Positions 50,481 through 59,287 of a stretch of 64,000 nt of DNA are shown piece after piece; position 1 is the stretch's first letter; each line of letters opens with the position of its first letter. A program made the translations under genes and the position numbers. Source of the stretch: Terriglobia bacterium (GTDB taxonomy: Bacteria > Acidobacteriota > Terriglobia > Terriglobales > Acidobacteriaceae). The notes beneath the pieces were generated by a model that worked only from the letters and a program-made list of their open reading frames with translations, was not told the origin of the DNA and ran no database searches. The stretch is from positions 569,573 to 633,572 of the forward strand of contig CAWCVJ010000003.1 in NCBI GenBank assembly GCA_963799065.1, given 5' to 3'.

Positions 50481-51647
50481 ATGAACGTTCCTGCAATCCA
50501 GACGGCGCTGCGCGAACGCAACATCGATGCGTGGCTTTTCTATGACCATCATCATCGGGATCCCATCGCTTATCGGCTGCTGGGATTGCCTGCGAGTTTG
50601 ATGGTGACGCGGCGCTGGTTCTATCTGATTCCGGCGGAGGGCGAACCGGTGAAGCTAGTACACAAGATCGAAGCCGGACATCTGGATTCGCTGCCGGGGA
50701 AGAAATTGCAGTATGCGAGTTGGCAGGAGTTGTTCCAGCAGGTGAAGGTGATGCTGGCGCCATATCGCGACGTGGCGATGCAGTATTCGCCGAACAATCT
50801 GGTGTTCACGCTGTCGCTGGTGGATGCAGGCACTGTGGAGTTGATTCGCGGGCTGGGCAAGAATGTGGTGAGTTCGTGCGATCTGGTGGCGCAGTTCGAG
50901 GCGACGTGGAGCGAAGAACAGATTCAGAGTCACTTTGCGGCGCGGGATTCGATCGATGCGATTACGGAGGCGGCGTTCAAAGAAATTGGCGCGAGGGCAC
51001 GGAACGGCGCCACGACGGAATACAAAATGCAGCAGTGGTTTCTAGAGGCATTCCGGCGCGAGAATTTGGTGACCGAGGACGGGCCCGTGGTAGCGGTGAA
51101 TGCGAACAGCGGCAATCCACATTATGAGCCGCATGGGGAAGGTTCGTTGCCGATTCGTGAGGGCGATTTTGTTTTGCTCGATGTTTGGGCGAAGAAGAAT
51201 ACGCCGTACGCGGTGTATTACGACATCACTTGGACTGGATTTGTGGGCAAGGCGCCGTCACCGAAGATGATGCAGGTGTTCGCCACGGTGCGCGACGCGC
51301 GGGATGCCGGCGTCAAGGCTGTGGTCGATGGAATCGGCTCTGGGCAGAGCTTGGCGGGTTGGCAAGTGGATAAGGCGGCGCGGGATTCCATCAAGCAAGC
51401 GGGCTTCGGCGATTACTTTATTCATCGCACAGGCCATGCGATTGGAACCGATGTTCATGCCAACGGCGCCAACATGGACGATCTGGAGATTCACGACGAG
51501 AGGCAGATTTTGCAGAACTCGTGTTTCTCGATCGAGCCGGGAATTTATCTGCCCGAGTTTGGCGTACGCAGCGAGGTCAATGTGCTCGTGAGGAATGGGC
51601 AGGCGGAAGTGACAGGAAAAGTTCAACGGGAACTGGTGATTATTTAA
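50481..51647 (+). CDS. M24 family metallopeptidase (Xaa-Pro aminopeptidase-like)
   Basis: The pita-bread fold metal ligand context is present: DFVLLDVWA, YYDITWT, HRTGHAIG, FSIEPG, VRSE. Confidence 0.8.
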   Translation: MNVPAIQTALRERNIDAWLFYDHHHRDPIAYRLLGLPASLMVTRRWFYLIPAEGEPVKLVHKIEAGHLDSLPGKKLQYASWQELFQQVKVMLAPYRDVAMQYSPNNLVFTLSLVDAGTVELIRGLGKNVVSSCDLVAQFEATWSEEQIQSHFAARDSIDAITEAAFKEIGARARNGATTEYKMQQWFLEAFRRENLVTEDGPVVAVNANSGNPHYEPHGEGSLPIREGDFVLLDVWAKKNTPYAVYYDITWTGFVGKAPSPKMMQVFATVRDARDAGVKAVVDGIGSGQSLAGWQVDKAARDSIKQAGFGDYFIHRTGHAIGTDVHANGANMDDLEIHDERQILQNSCFSIEPGIYLPEFGVRSEVNVLVRNGQAEVTGKVQRELVII

Positions 51648-52072
51648 TGGCCACGACATCGAAGTCGGGCGACAAGAAAAATGTAGCGGCGGCACCGCCT
51701 CCGATGACGACGATGTCAGTGCTGGCACCAGCGGTGGGATGGCTGATTCCGGGCGCGGGGCACCTCATGCAGAGGAAGTGGGTGCGCGGGATTTTGTTAA
51801 TGGTTTCGATCGTGACGATGTTCCTGCTTGGCCTGGGTATGCAGGGCCACATCTATAAGCCGAACGGCGGCGACATTCTTGACATTCTCGGTTTTGTCGG
51901 GGACTTGGGTGCCGGCGGGCTTTATGTCTTCGCGCGGGCGCAAGATTGGGGCATTGGAATGATCTCTCATGCGACGGCGGATTACGGGACGAAGTTTCTC
52001 ATTGTAGCGGGACTGCTCAACTTCCTTAGCGTGGCCGACGCTTATCACATTGCGATCGGAAAGAAGCCGTAA
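51647..52072 (+). CDS. hypothetical membrane protein
   Basis: The start overlaps the previous stop (TAATG). TM helices AVGWLIPGAGHL, GILLMVSIVTMFLLGL and FLIVAGLLNFL are present. Confidence 0.5.
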   Translation: MATTSKSGDKKNVAAAPPPMTTMSVLAPAVGWLIPGAGHLMQRKWVRGILLMVSIVTMFLLGLGMQGHIYKPNGGDILDILGFVGDLGAGGLYVFARAQDWGIGMISHATADYGTKFLIVAGLLNFLSVADAYHIAIGKKP

Positions 52073-52260
52073 TGCCTTTCACGCTGACCCTTTCACACTT
52101 TAGTGCGGCCATTGTGTTCGCGCTGTTTGCTTCGATCGTATTCGCCATCACACAGCGCAGCGAGATGCGAGACCAAGTGCGCTATGGACTCTATTGTTTC
52201 GCCATGTTTGTAGGCGGAGTGTTTGTGGCGGGATGGGCGATGTGGTTTTTGCGGCGCTAG
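52072..52260 (+). CDS. hypothetical small two-TM membrane protein
   Basis: Second TAATG overlap. 62 aa with two hydrophobic helices. Confidence 0.4.
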   Translation: MPFTLTLSHFSAAIVFALFASIVFAITQRSEMRDQVRYGLYCFAMFVGGVFVAGWAMWFLRR

Positions 52261-52266
52261 GACACG

Positions 52267-52332
52267 GGGGGCTAAAGCCCGGTTCTTCTTGCGTGATTTT
52301 CGTGGGCCTGAAGGCCCACGCTTCCACGGTTG
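52267..52332 (+). repeat. interspersed repeat family 2, copy 2
   Basis: GGGGCTAAAGCCCGGTTCTTCTTGCGTGATTTTCGTGGGCCTGAAGGCCCACGCTTCCACGGTTG. Same orientation as copy 1. Confidence 0.8.
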
Positions 52333-52428
52333 CGTGGGCGTTCCCTTCGATTCATCGAGCAACCCCAAACCTTACTCTCAACGCTACAGCTCAACCCAAA
52401 CCTCAGCGCCAGACCAAACCACGAACCT

Positions 52429-52473
52429 CAACACAGAGGCCGTGGAGGTTCGCGGAGGACGTGCTACAGAGGT
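52429..52473 (+). repeat. interspersed repeat family 3 (CACAGAGG-type), copy
   Basis: CAACACAGAGGCCGTGGAGGTTCGCGGAGGACGTGCTACAGAGG. Confidence 0.6.
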
Positions 52474-52475
52474 CT

Positions 52476-53420
52476 TTAATCTTCCCAGACGAAGGCGTCG
52501 AAGATGCGTTTTGTTTCGAAGCCCAGTCTTTCATAGAGTTCGACGGCTCGGTTGTTGGCTTCGGTGACGGTTAGCGAGAGCGCGACGAACTTTCTGCGCT
52601 GGAGGCTGGCGGTGGTGGCGGCGATGAGTTGCTGTCCGATGCCGAGCGAACGGTACTCGGGCAGAACGCAGACTTGAGTCACGTGGCCGACGTCGTAGCG
52701 GACGCGTGAGCAGAGGATTACTCCGGCGAGGCTGCGGGTCTTTTTATGTTTCGCCACGAATGAGGACTCGGCGTCGAAAATCCCGCAGCCGGGGAAGCGA
52801 ACGATGTTGTTGAGGAAGCGAATCGATCCGCTCAAGCTGCGATATTGGTCGTTGATCTGGGAGTCGACGTGTCCGCGATAGGCGTTGGTGATGAGAGCGG
52901 CGACGGCGTCGTAATCGTGCTCCGACCAGGGACGAATTTCGATTTCTTCACTCGGCGGAAATAAGGCAGCGGGGCGGGTGCCTTCCAGCGGACGCATCAT
53001 GAACAGCCGGTGATGACAGCTGAAGCCTTGTGCGGCGAAGGGTTCGGCGACCGCTCCGGTTTCATGGACCAGCAATTGCGCTTCGATGCGATGAATGCCG
53101 GGCGACTGTTGTAGGGTCTCGATGACGTGGCGAAGCAGTTGGCGTTCGACGTCGTTGGCGTTGTGCTTCTCGCCGTTGCTGACGTAGAGATCGCCGATCA
53201 CTCCCTTACTGCCTTCGTAGACGAAAAAAGTGTAGCCAAAGATGCGACCGCGATCGATGGCGGCATAGCCGGGAAGAATTTTAGTGTCGACATAACGCAG
53301 AATCATGTCGGCGGAGCCGTGGTAATCCCAGCTGAGGAGTTGCGACCAGGTGCGGGTTTCGTCGTCCAGTAGAGGGCGCAAGTCGTCCGACGAAAAGTGC
53401 CTGAGATCGAGAATTTCCAC
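52476..53420 (-). CDS. GNAT family N-acetyltransferase (two GNAT-like halves)
   Basis: I chose the GTG start at 53420 after AGGAG. The C-terminal half (VCVLPEYRSLGIGQQLI...LSLTVTEANNRAVELYERLGF) is a classic GNAT A/B motif. Confidence 0.7.
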   Translation of the reverse strand: MEILDLRHFSSDDLRPLLDDETRTWSQLLSWDYHGSADMILRYVDTKILPGYAAIDRGRIFGYTFFVYEGSKGVIGDLYVSNGEKHNANDVERQLLRHVIETLQQSPGIHRIEAQLLVHETGAVAEPFAAQGFSCHHRLFMMRPLEGTRPAALFPPSEEIEIRPWSEHDYDAVAALITNAYRGHVDSQINDQYRSLSGSIRFLNNIVRFPGCGIFDAESSFVAKHKKTRSLAGVILCSRVRYDVGHVTQVCVLPEYRSLGIGQQLIAATTASLQRRKFVALSLTVTEANNRAVELYERLGFETKRIFDAFVWED

Positions 53421-53568
53421 CCGGGGCTCCTGCGAGAATGCGGCGTCCTTCCAGGCGCGCGACGCTTGCCGCTTTTCAGAGTTTAGTGGGTGCGCGGGAG
53501 GCGAGGCAAATGGAAGAACACGCGGAGCCAACAGGGAGTGTCCGGTACTGCAGGCGTGTTTGCATTGC

Positions 53569-53618
53569 ACGCCAGATCCCTCACTCCGCCTGAAGAGGGG
53601 CTGCGTTCGGGATGACTT
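53569..53618 (+). repeat. interspersed repeat family 1, solo unit
   Basis: ACGCCAGATCCCTCACTCCGCCTGAAGAGGGGCTGCGTTCGGGATGACTT. Confidence 0.8.
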
Positions 53619-53639
53619 AGGAGTTTTGTGATAGCGGGA

Positions 53640-55247
53640 CTATTTGGATGCGGCAGCGGAGACCCAGAAGTATTCCAGTTTCTGTGGGGCGAAAGCGCCA
53701 ATCAGGGTGACATAGCGGCCGGGAAGGTCGGAGCTGAGTTCGGCCTGCGATCCTGATGTGGCGATGACGAGGTGTTCGCCTGTCGGGACAGGATTTTCTC
53801 CGTAGCGGCCGATCGGTTGATTGCGATAGAAGGCGAGCCCGAACTGGACTTCGCGGCGGGCGCGGAACACGGCGACTGGTGCGTCGTTCGGCGCGAAGGC
53901 AGCGATCTCTTGCGCGACTGGTCGGGCGGAGAGTTGTTGATCGAGCAAGGGCGGAGCGACGCGAAAGACGATGGCGAGGGCGAGGACGATGGGGACAAGG
54001 GTGACGATGCGGAAGAGGCGCAGCCCTGAGTTGGAGCGCAGCAGGGTTGCGAGGAGGATTGTCAGAATCAGTGTGACAGCGAGGGGAACGATGGCCGATT
54101 GTCCCCATGGGATGCGATGTTCAGTTAACAAATATGCGGACATGAGCGCGGGCAGCATGATGCTTGCGGCGGCGATGGAGTGTAGAGCGATCAAAGTGCG
54201 CCCCGGTAAGGTTGAGTTCTTGGCCAGCGAATTCAGGTAGGTGACTACCAGAAGAGCGCCAGCGGGGAGGGCGGGGAGGATATATCCCGGCAGTTTGGAT
54301 TGCGAGAGGGAAAAGAAGGCGATGGGAATCAACGCCCATACGGCGAGGAATTGCGGCAGGGCGCTGTCGCTTGATTCGGGTCGCTTCGTCGAGCTACGGA
54401 TCGATGTCCAGAGCGCGCCGAGGGCGAAGACTGTCCAGGGAAGCAGGCTTACGAGCGCGACTGGAATGTAGTACCAGAAGGGCGCGGGATGACGGTAGAG
54501 ATTCGATCCGAAGCGCGCGAGGTTGTGTTCGAGGATGAAGGTGCGAAAGAATTCTGGGTTCTTGAGTTGGACCAGGATGTACCACGGAACGCAGACTGCG
54601 CAGAACAAAAGAATTCCGGGGAGCCAGAGGGTTTTCCAAATGATCGCGATCTCGTGGCGCAGCGCGGCAAACAGTACGACGATTACGAGCGCGAGAAAAG
54701 GTGCGACGGGGCCTTTTGCGAGCGTGGCCAGTGCGAGGAAGAAGTAAGACAGCGCCAGCATTGGCTTGCGTTGCTGTTCGTACCCGAGGAACCAGCAGAG
54801 CATGGCGATCGTGAACATGGCGGCGAGAGGCATGTCGGTTGACGCGGCGCGAGCGAAGCCGATTATAGCCACCGATGAGGCCACGATCAGGGCGCCATCG
54901 AGAGGAAAGCCGCCGACGAAACGCAGGCGGCGCAGAAAGATGTAAATGGCTGCGACCATGAGCGTCGCGTCGAAGGCGGATGGAATGCGGGCGGCCCAAT
55001 CGCTCACGCCGAAGAGTTTGTAACAGAGTATGGCTTGCCAGTAGTAGAGAGCGGGCTTTTCCAGCCAGGGGACACCGCTGAGCGTGGGAGTGATCCAGTC
55101 GTGGCGGGCTAACATTTCGCGGGCGACTTGGGCGTAACGGGGTTCGTCGGCGCCAATGAGGCCGAAGGAGGACAGTCCGTAGAAGAACAGAAATCCGCAG
55201 AAGCCGAGGAGCAGGAAGGCGTCGCGAAGTGTGGCGCGTTTTGTCAT
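53640..55247 (-). CDS. glycosyltransferase family 39 (ArnT/PMT-like)
   Basis: GLIGADEPRYAQVAREMLARHDWITPTLSGVPWLEKPALYYW is the family signature, in a polytopic membrane protein. Confidence 0.85.
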   Translation of the reverse strand: MTKRATLRDAFLLLGFCGFLFFYGLSSFGLIGADEPRYAQVAREMLARHDWITPTLSGVPWLEKPALYYWQAILCYKLFGVSDWAARIPSAFDATLMVAAIYIFLRRLRFVGGFPLDGALIVASSVAIIGFARAASTDMPLAAMFTIAMLCWFLGYEQQRKPMLALSYFFLALATLAKGPVAPFLALVIVVLFAALRHEIAIIWKTLWLPGILLFCAVCVPWYILVQLKNPEFFRTFILEHNLARFGSNLYRHPAPFWYYIPVALVSLLPWTVFALGALWTSIRSSTKRPESSDSALPQFLAVWALIPIAFFSLSQSKLPGYILPALPAGALLVVTYLNSLAKNSTLPGRTLIALHSIAAASIMLPALMSAYLLTEHRIPWGQSAIVPLAVTLILTILLATLLRSNSGLRLFRIVTLVPIVLALAIVFRVAPPLLDQQLSARPVAQEIAAFAPNDAPVAVFRARREVQFGLAFYRNQPIGRYGENPVPTGEHLVIATSGSQAELSSDLPGRYVTLIGAFAPQKLEYFWVSAAASK

Positions 55248-55336
55248 GGGAGCTTAAGAAGTATGCTGTGGGCGGCACGGATTCCCGCTTCTCGCAAAGG
55301 ACGCGAGAAACGGGGCACCCGCTTTCGCGGATTGCC

Positions 55337-55852
55337 TCAGGCCAGGAGCGCAGGCAGGACGCTTTGCCTTGACGTGAACATGCTGCGGAATTTTGGCTTT
55401 ACGAATAATGCCTCTCCGATCGCGCCGAACGGCCCATAGCCGACTTCGTAGTCAATCACATCCCGCACGATAGTTCCAGCGATGTTGTTGCGGATTTCTT
55501 CCGCAAATTCGTGGCGGTGATGCCAACTCTTGAACGGGCCTTTCTTTTGGATGTCGGCGAAGTGGTGGTTCCAGGCGAAGTCGACGATTTGTGCGATCCA
55601 AAGGGCGCGGATGGGCAGCGGCGGAAGTACGCGAAACGAGGTGACGATTTCGGAGCCGATGCCGGCGATTTTTGTGCGGTTCGTTCGCGGCGGCAGCGAG
55701 GATTCGGGCGGTGGGATCAGGCGCAGTTCGTCTATCTTCGTGGCGGTGGAGGCAGGCATAATGCGGGGCAGGTTTTCGGGCTTCGCGAAGAATAGGAACA
55801 CTTTATCGATCGGATAGGGAACCCACTGCTCGAACTCGAGGTGAGACGGCAT
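55337..55852 (-). CDS. SRPBCC family protein
   Basis: FEQWVPYPIDKVFLFFAKPENLPRIMP...FKSWHHRHEF fits the family pattern. Confidence 0.65.
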   Translation of the reverse strand: MPSHLEFEQWVPYPIDKVFLFFAKPENLPRIMPASTATKIDELRLIPPPESSLPPRTNRTKIAGIGSEIVTSFRVLPPLPIRALWIAQIVDFAWNHHFADIQKKGPFKSWHHRHEFAEEIRNNIAGTIVRDVIDYEVGYGPFGAIGEALFVKPKFRSMFTSRQSVLPALLA

Positions 55853-55896
55853 GGCTTGATTGATTCGAGCGTATCAGGAAAGAGGACATCTGGTGC

Positions 55897-55946
55897 GCGC
55901 CAGATCCCTCACTCCGCCTGAAGTGCGGCTGCGTTTGGGATGACTT
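55897..55946 (+). repeat. interspersed repeat family 1, solo unit
   Basis: GCGCCAGATCCCTCACTCCGCCTGAAGTGCGGCTGCGTTTGGGATGACTT. Confidence 0.8.
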
Positions 55947-55967
55947 GCACATAGGGAAGAGATAAGT

Positions 55968-56984
55968 TTAGTCACGGGATGGTACGGCGTAGTATCCGGT
56001 GCGGGATTGGATTTTGTAGTCTTTGTCTTTGGCGTGAATCTCGACTTTTCGGAAGGTTCCGTCTTTGGCGGAGTTCGTGGGCGTGTAGCCGATGTTGTAT
56101 TGGCTGCGCAGTTCGTTGGCGATCTGGTTGAAGGCGTCGCGCAGCTTGTCGATTTTGTTGCCTACTTCGATGACGCGGCCGCCGGTTTCTCCGGTGAGCT
56201 TGCGCATTTCGCTGTCGCCGGAGTAGCCGCCGAAGCCGCCGTAGAATCCGCGATCGGCGCACAGCAGAACGTAAACGATGCTGTCGGATTTCTGGGCGGC
56301 TTCGATGGCGTCTTTGATGCGCAGTTGGCTGCCTTCGTCCTCGCCGTCGGTGAGCAGGATCATGGCTTTGCGTCCGACTTGCTGGGCGAGTTCATCGTGC
56401 GCGGCGAGATAGACCGCGTCGTAGAGAACGGTGCCGCGCGGCCCGTTGGCAGTGGGGACGGGGCCGCCACCGAGGCCGGGCAGAGTGCCTCCGCCACCGC
56501 CGGTGTTGATGCGGACGCCGTTCATGGCGTTCTTCAGGCTATGCACGGAGTTGGTGAAGTCCTGGAGCAGTTCGGCGTTCACGTCGAAGCTGAGCACGAA
56601 GGCGAGATCTTTGTCGCGGAGTATCTGGCTTAAAAAATCGCCGCCGACCTGCTTCTCCATGTCGAGAACGCGCATCTGACTGCCACTGGCGTCGATGAGA
56701 ATGCCGAGGGTTAGGGGCAGGTTAGATTCAGCGGCGAAATACTTGATGGTCTGGGGCCTACCGTCTTCGAGGATGTCGAAGTCGGTCTTGGTCAGGTTGG
56801 GGATGAGCGCGCCCTTCTTGTCTTTGACGTTGAAGAAGAGCTGCACCACGCTGACGTTGACCTTGAGAGTTTCGACGGATTGATCGTCGGCGGGCGCGGA
56901 TTGCTGGGCGAAAGCGGGCAATGAGGACGCGATGAGAAGCGCGCCGAAGGTTAAGATTCGCAGAAAGCTGGGACTTTGAGGCAT
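55968..56984 (-). CDS. secreted VWA domain-containing protein (acidobacterial VWFA-related type)
   Basis: I chose the start at ATG 56984, giving signal peptide MPQSPSFLRILTFGALLIASSLPAFAQ. LGILIDASGSQ is MIDAS-like (DxSxS), followed by AMILLTDGEDEGS. Confidence 0.8.
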   Translation of the reverse strand: MPQSPSFLRILTFGALLIASSLPAFAQQSAPADDQSVETLKVNVSVVQLFFNVKDKKGALIPNLTKTDFDILEDGRPQTIKYFAAESNLPLTLGILIDASGSQMRVLDMEKQVGGDFLSQILRDKDLAFVLSFDVNAELLQDFTNSVHSLKNAMNGVRINTGGGGGTLPGLGGGPVPTANGPRGTVLYDAVYLAAHDELAQQVGRKAMILLTDGEDEGSQLRIKDAIEAAQKSDSIVYVLLCADRGFYGGFGGYSGDSEMRKLTGETGGRVIEVGNKIDKLRDAFNQIANELRSQYNIGYTPTNSAKDGTFRKVEIHAKDKDYKIQSRTGYYAVPSRD

Positions 56985-57096
56985 GAAAAGTGTTCTCTCT
57001 AAGTTTTTTGTTAGTCTATTGTTACACGGCTTAGATGCACAAAACTGGCTCGTCACGCGGGGTAAAATCTCCGTCACCTGAAACGTTGGATTGCTA

Positions 57097-57147
57097 CGCG
57101 CGAGATCCCTCCCTCCGCCTGAAAAGCGGCTGCGGTCGGGATGACTT
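57097..57147 (+). repeat. interspersed repeat family 1, solo unit
   Basis: CGCGCGAGATCCCTCCCTCCGCCTGAAAAGCGGCTGCGGTCGGGATGACTT. It lies in the divergent promoter region of the two VWA genes. Confidence 0.8.
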
Positions 57148-57160
57148 TCGGAGGAAGTGG

Positions 57161-58480
57161 ATGGCGAATTTGCTAAGTCGGGTGACGCTGCTGGTTGTAG
57201 TCTTGGCTAGCCTGACGGCTGGAGCGGCGGCGCAGCAGTCTCCGAATAACATTCCGGACGCGCCGTCGTCGGCGCAGCCGCCCAAGTTTCCAACGAATAT
57301 ACCGCCGTCGACGGGCGGTACTCCGAGTGAGGCGGAAGGTCAGAATTTGCCTCCGAATCAAGCGCCGCCGGGGGAGTCATCTTCGAGCGATATGAATCCG
57401 GGCGGTCCGCCTCCGATGAAGGTCGACACTGTGCCGGAGGGTGGAGCGACCCCGGATGCCGCCCCTGCGAACGAGCAGCTTTATAAGTTAACGGTGAACG
57501 TCAACCAGATCGTGATTCCGCTGATGGTGAAGGACGAGAATGGGCGGCTGGTGTCGGGTTTGCTGCCCAAAGATGTCTCAGTCTTCGAAGATGGCAAGAA
57601 GCAGGAATTGAATTACTTCACGAGCGATCCCTTTGCGCTTTCCGCAGCGGTAGTGCTCGACCTGGGCATGCCGGATGTCGCGGTGCAGAAAGTGAACAAG
57701 ACGTTTTCGGCGCTGGAAGGCGCGTTTGCCAATTTCGACGAAGTCGAGATTTATACCTACAGCAACACGGTGGGACGGGCCAGCGATTTTCGCGGAGCCG
57801 GACGGCAGCTGGCGCAGGTGCTGAACGATCTCAGCACGGCAACCGGGAGCAATAATGGCCCTCCGGTGACGGGCGGTCCGCTCGGCCCGGAAGGGCCGAC
57901 GATTAACGGCGTGCCAGTCGATCCGCAGACGCCGGGGGTGATCACTCCCACCAAGCAGGCGCATGTGTTGAATGACGCGATTTTGGCGGCGGCGCTGGAC
58001 TTGAGCAAGCGAGATCGCAGCCGGCGCAAGGTGATTTTTGTGATCAGCGATGGGCGCGAGTATCGCAGTAACGCGAATTACAAGGATGTGCTGAAGGTGC
58101 TCCTCTCGGCGAATATTCTGGTTTATGGCATCGGCGTCGAGGGTGCGGCGATTCCGCTTTATGACAAGGTGGAGAAGATTCATCTGCCCAAGTTCGGTTA
58201 CTCCGACATTTTGCCGAAGTATGCGAATGCGACTGGCGGCGAGGTCTTCAATGAGTTTACGAGGCGGGACATGGAGGATATTTATTCGCGTGTGATTGGG
58301 GATGCACGCAACCAATACACCCTCGGCTATGCCAGCCGGGCCACGCCCAGCAGCGCTTACCGTGAAATCGAAGTGCGCGTCGCGAATCATGGGCCGAGCT
58401 GTAAGACGGCGTATCGGCCTTGCATCGACGTGAGCGCGAAGGCGGGATATTATCCGCTGCCGCCGGCGCCGAGCCGCTAA
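57161..58480 (+). CDS. secreted VWA domain-containing protein (paralog of 55968-56984)
   Basis: ATG at 57161 follows GGAGGA. Signal peptide MANLLSRVTLLVVVLASLTAGAAAQ is followed by a Pro-rich linker. VIFVISDGREYRS and a YTLGY..YREIEVRV tail parallel the paralog's YNIGY..FRKVEIHA. Confidence 0.8.
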   Translation: MANLLSRVTLLVVVLASLTAGAAAQQSPNNIPDAPSSAQPPKFPTNIPPSTGGTPSEAEGQNLPPNQAPPGESSSSDMNPGGPPPMKVDTVPEGGATPDAAPANEQLYKLTVNVNQIVIPLMVKDENGRLVSGLLPKDVSVFEDGKKQELNYFTSDPFALSAAVVLDLGMPDVAVQKVNKTFSALEGAFANFDEVEIYTYSNTVGRASDFRGAGRQLAQVLNDLSTATGSNNGPPVTGGPLGPEGPTINGVPVDPQTPGVITPTKQAHVLNDAILAAALDLSKRDRSRRKVIFVISDGREYRSNANYKDVLKVLLSANILVYGIGVEGAAIPLYDKVEKIHLPKFGYSDILPKYANATGGEVFNEFTRRDMEDIYSRVIGDARNQYTLGYASRATPSSAYREIEVRVANHGPSCKTAYRPCIDVSAKAGYYPLPPAPSR

Positions 58481-58629
58481 GTGGTTTTGAATTCATCACC
58501 TAGTAACCCCGGTAACCTGTGGGTAACCCATCGCCTGTGGTATAAAACCATGAGTACGAGAGCCACAATTTTTCGTCGGCGCGCTTGCATGAAAGCGAAG
58601 CGCTGTCGTGCGCCCTTTGAGGAAAGCCG

Positions 58630-59217
58630 TTGAGCTTCATCAATTTCGCAGCCCGTGAAATCAATTGCAAGATCGTCTATTACGGCGCCGGGCTGGGCGG
58701 AAAGACCACCAATCTCCAGTACATCTACCAGAAAACTGCGGAACAGCAGAAGGGGAAGATGATTTCGCTGGCGACCGAAACCGAGCGGACTCTGTTCTTC
58801 GACTTCCTGCCGCTGGATTTGGGCTCGGTGCGCGGTTTTAAGACGCGAATCCATCTGTATACGGTTCCGGGCCAAGTGTTTTATGACGCCAGCCGCAAGC
58901 TGATTCTGCGCGGCGTGGACGGAATCGTGTTCGTTGCCGACTCGCAGGAAGCCCGCATGGACGCGAATATCGAAGCCCTCGACAATCTGATGTCTAATCT
59001 CAAAGAACACGGCTACGACTTCAATAAGATTCCTTACGTGTTGCAGTTGAACAAGCGCGATTTGCCCGGAGTGTTGCCCGTGGCGGAGCTGGAAAAAGAA
59101 CTTCGCCGCAAGACTGAGCCGATTATCGAGGCGGTGGCGTTTCAGGGACCCGGCGTGTTCGAGACTCTGAAGGAAATCGCGCGGCAGGTGCTGGTGGAGT
59201 TGAAGCAGGGCGGGTAG
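58630..59217 (+). CDS. mglA: Ras-like GTPase MglA (mutual gliding-motility protein A family)
   Basis: Near-collinear with Myxococcus MglA as I remember it: [79 protein letters not shown]. Starts with TTG after GAGGA. Confidence 0.9.
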   Translation: MSFINFAAREINCKIVYYGAGLGGKTTNLQYIYQKTAEQQKGKMISLATETERTLFFDFLPLDLGSVRGFKTRIHLYTVPGQVFYDASRKLILRGVDGIVFVADSQEARMDANIEALDNLMSNLKEHGYDFNKIPYVLQLNKRDLPGVLPVAELEKELRRKTEPIIEAVAFQGPGVFETLKEIARQVLVELKQGG

Positions 59218-59229
59218 ATCAACACCTTT

Positions 59230-59272
59230 AACACAGAGGACACCGAGGTCGCACAGAGGAATCACAGAGGAA
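59230..59272 (+). repeat. interspersed repeat family 3 (CACAGAGG-type), copy
   Basis: AACACAGAGGACACCGAGGTCGCACAGAGGAATCACAGAGGAA, directly after the mglA stop. Confidence 0.7.
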
Positions 59273-59287
59273 CAAGTTAGGAAAAGA

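Noticed and set aside
53421-53570. N-terminal 50 codons of listed ORF 52476..53570 (the GNAT gene).
   Set aside because: This extension lacks GNAT similarity and has no RBS, and its 5' end adjoins the family-1 repeat (53569-53618). The GTG at 53420 has an AGGAG RBS, and the GNAT similarity begins there.
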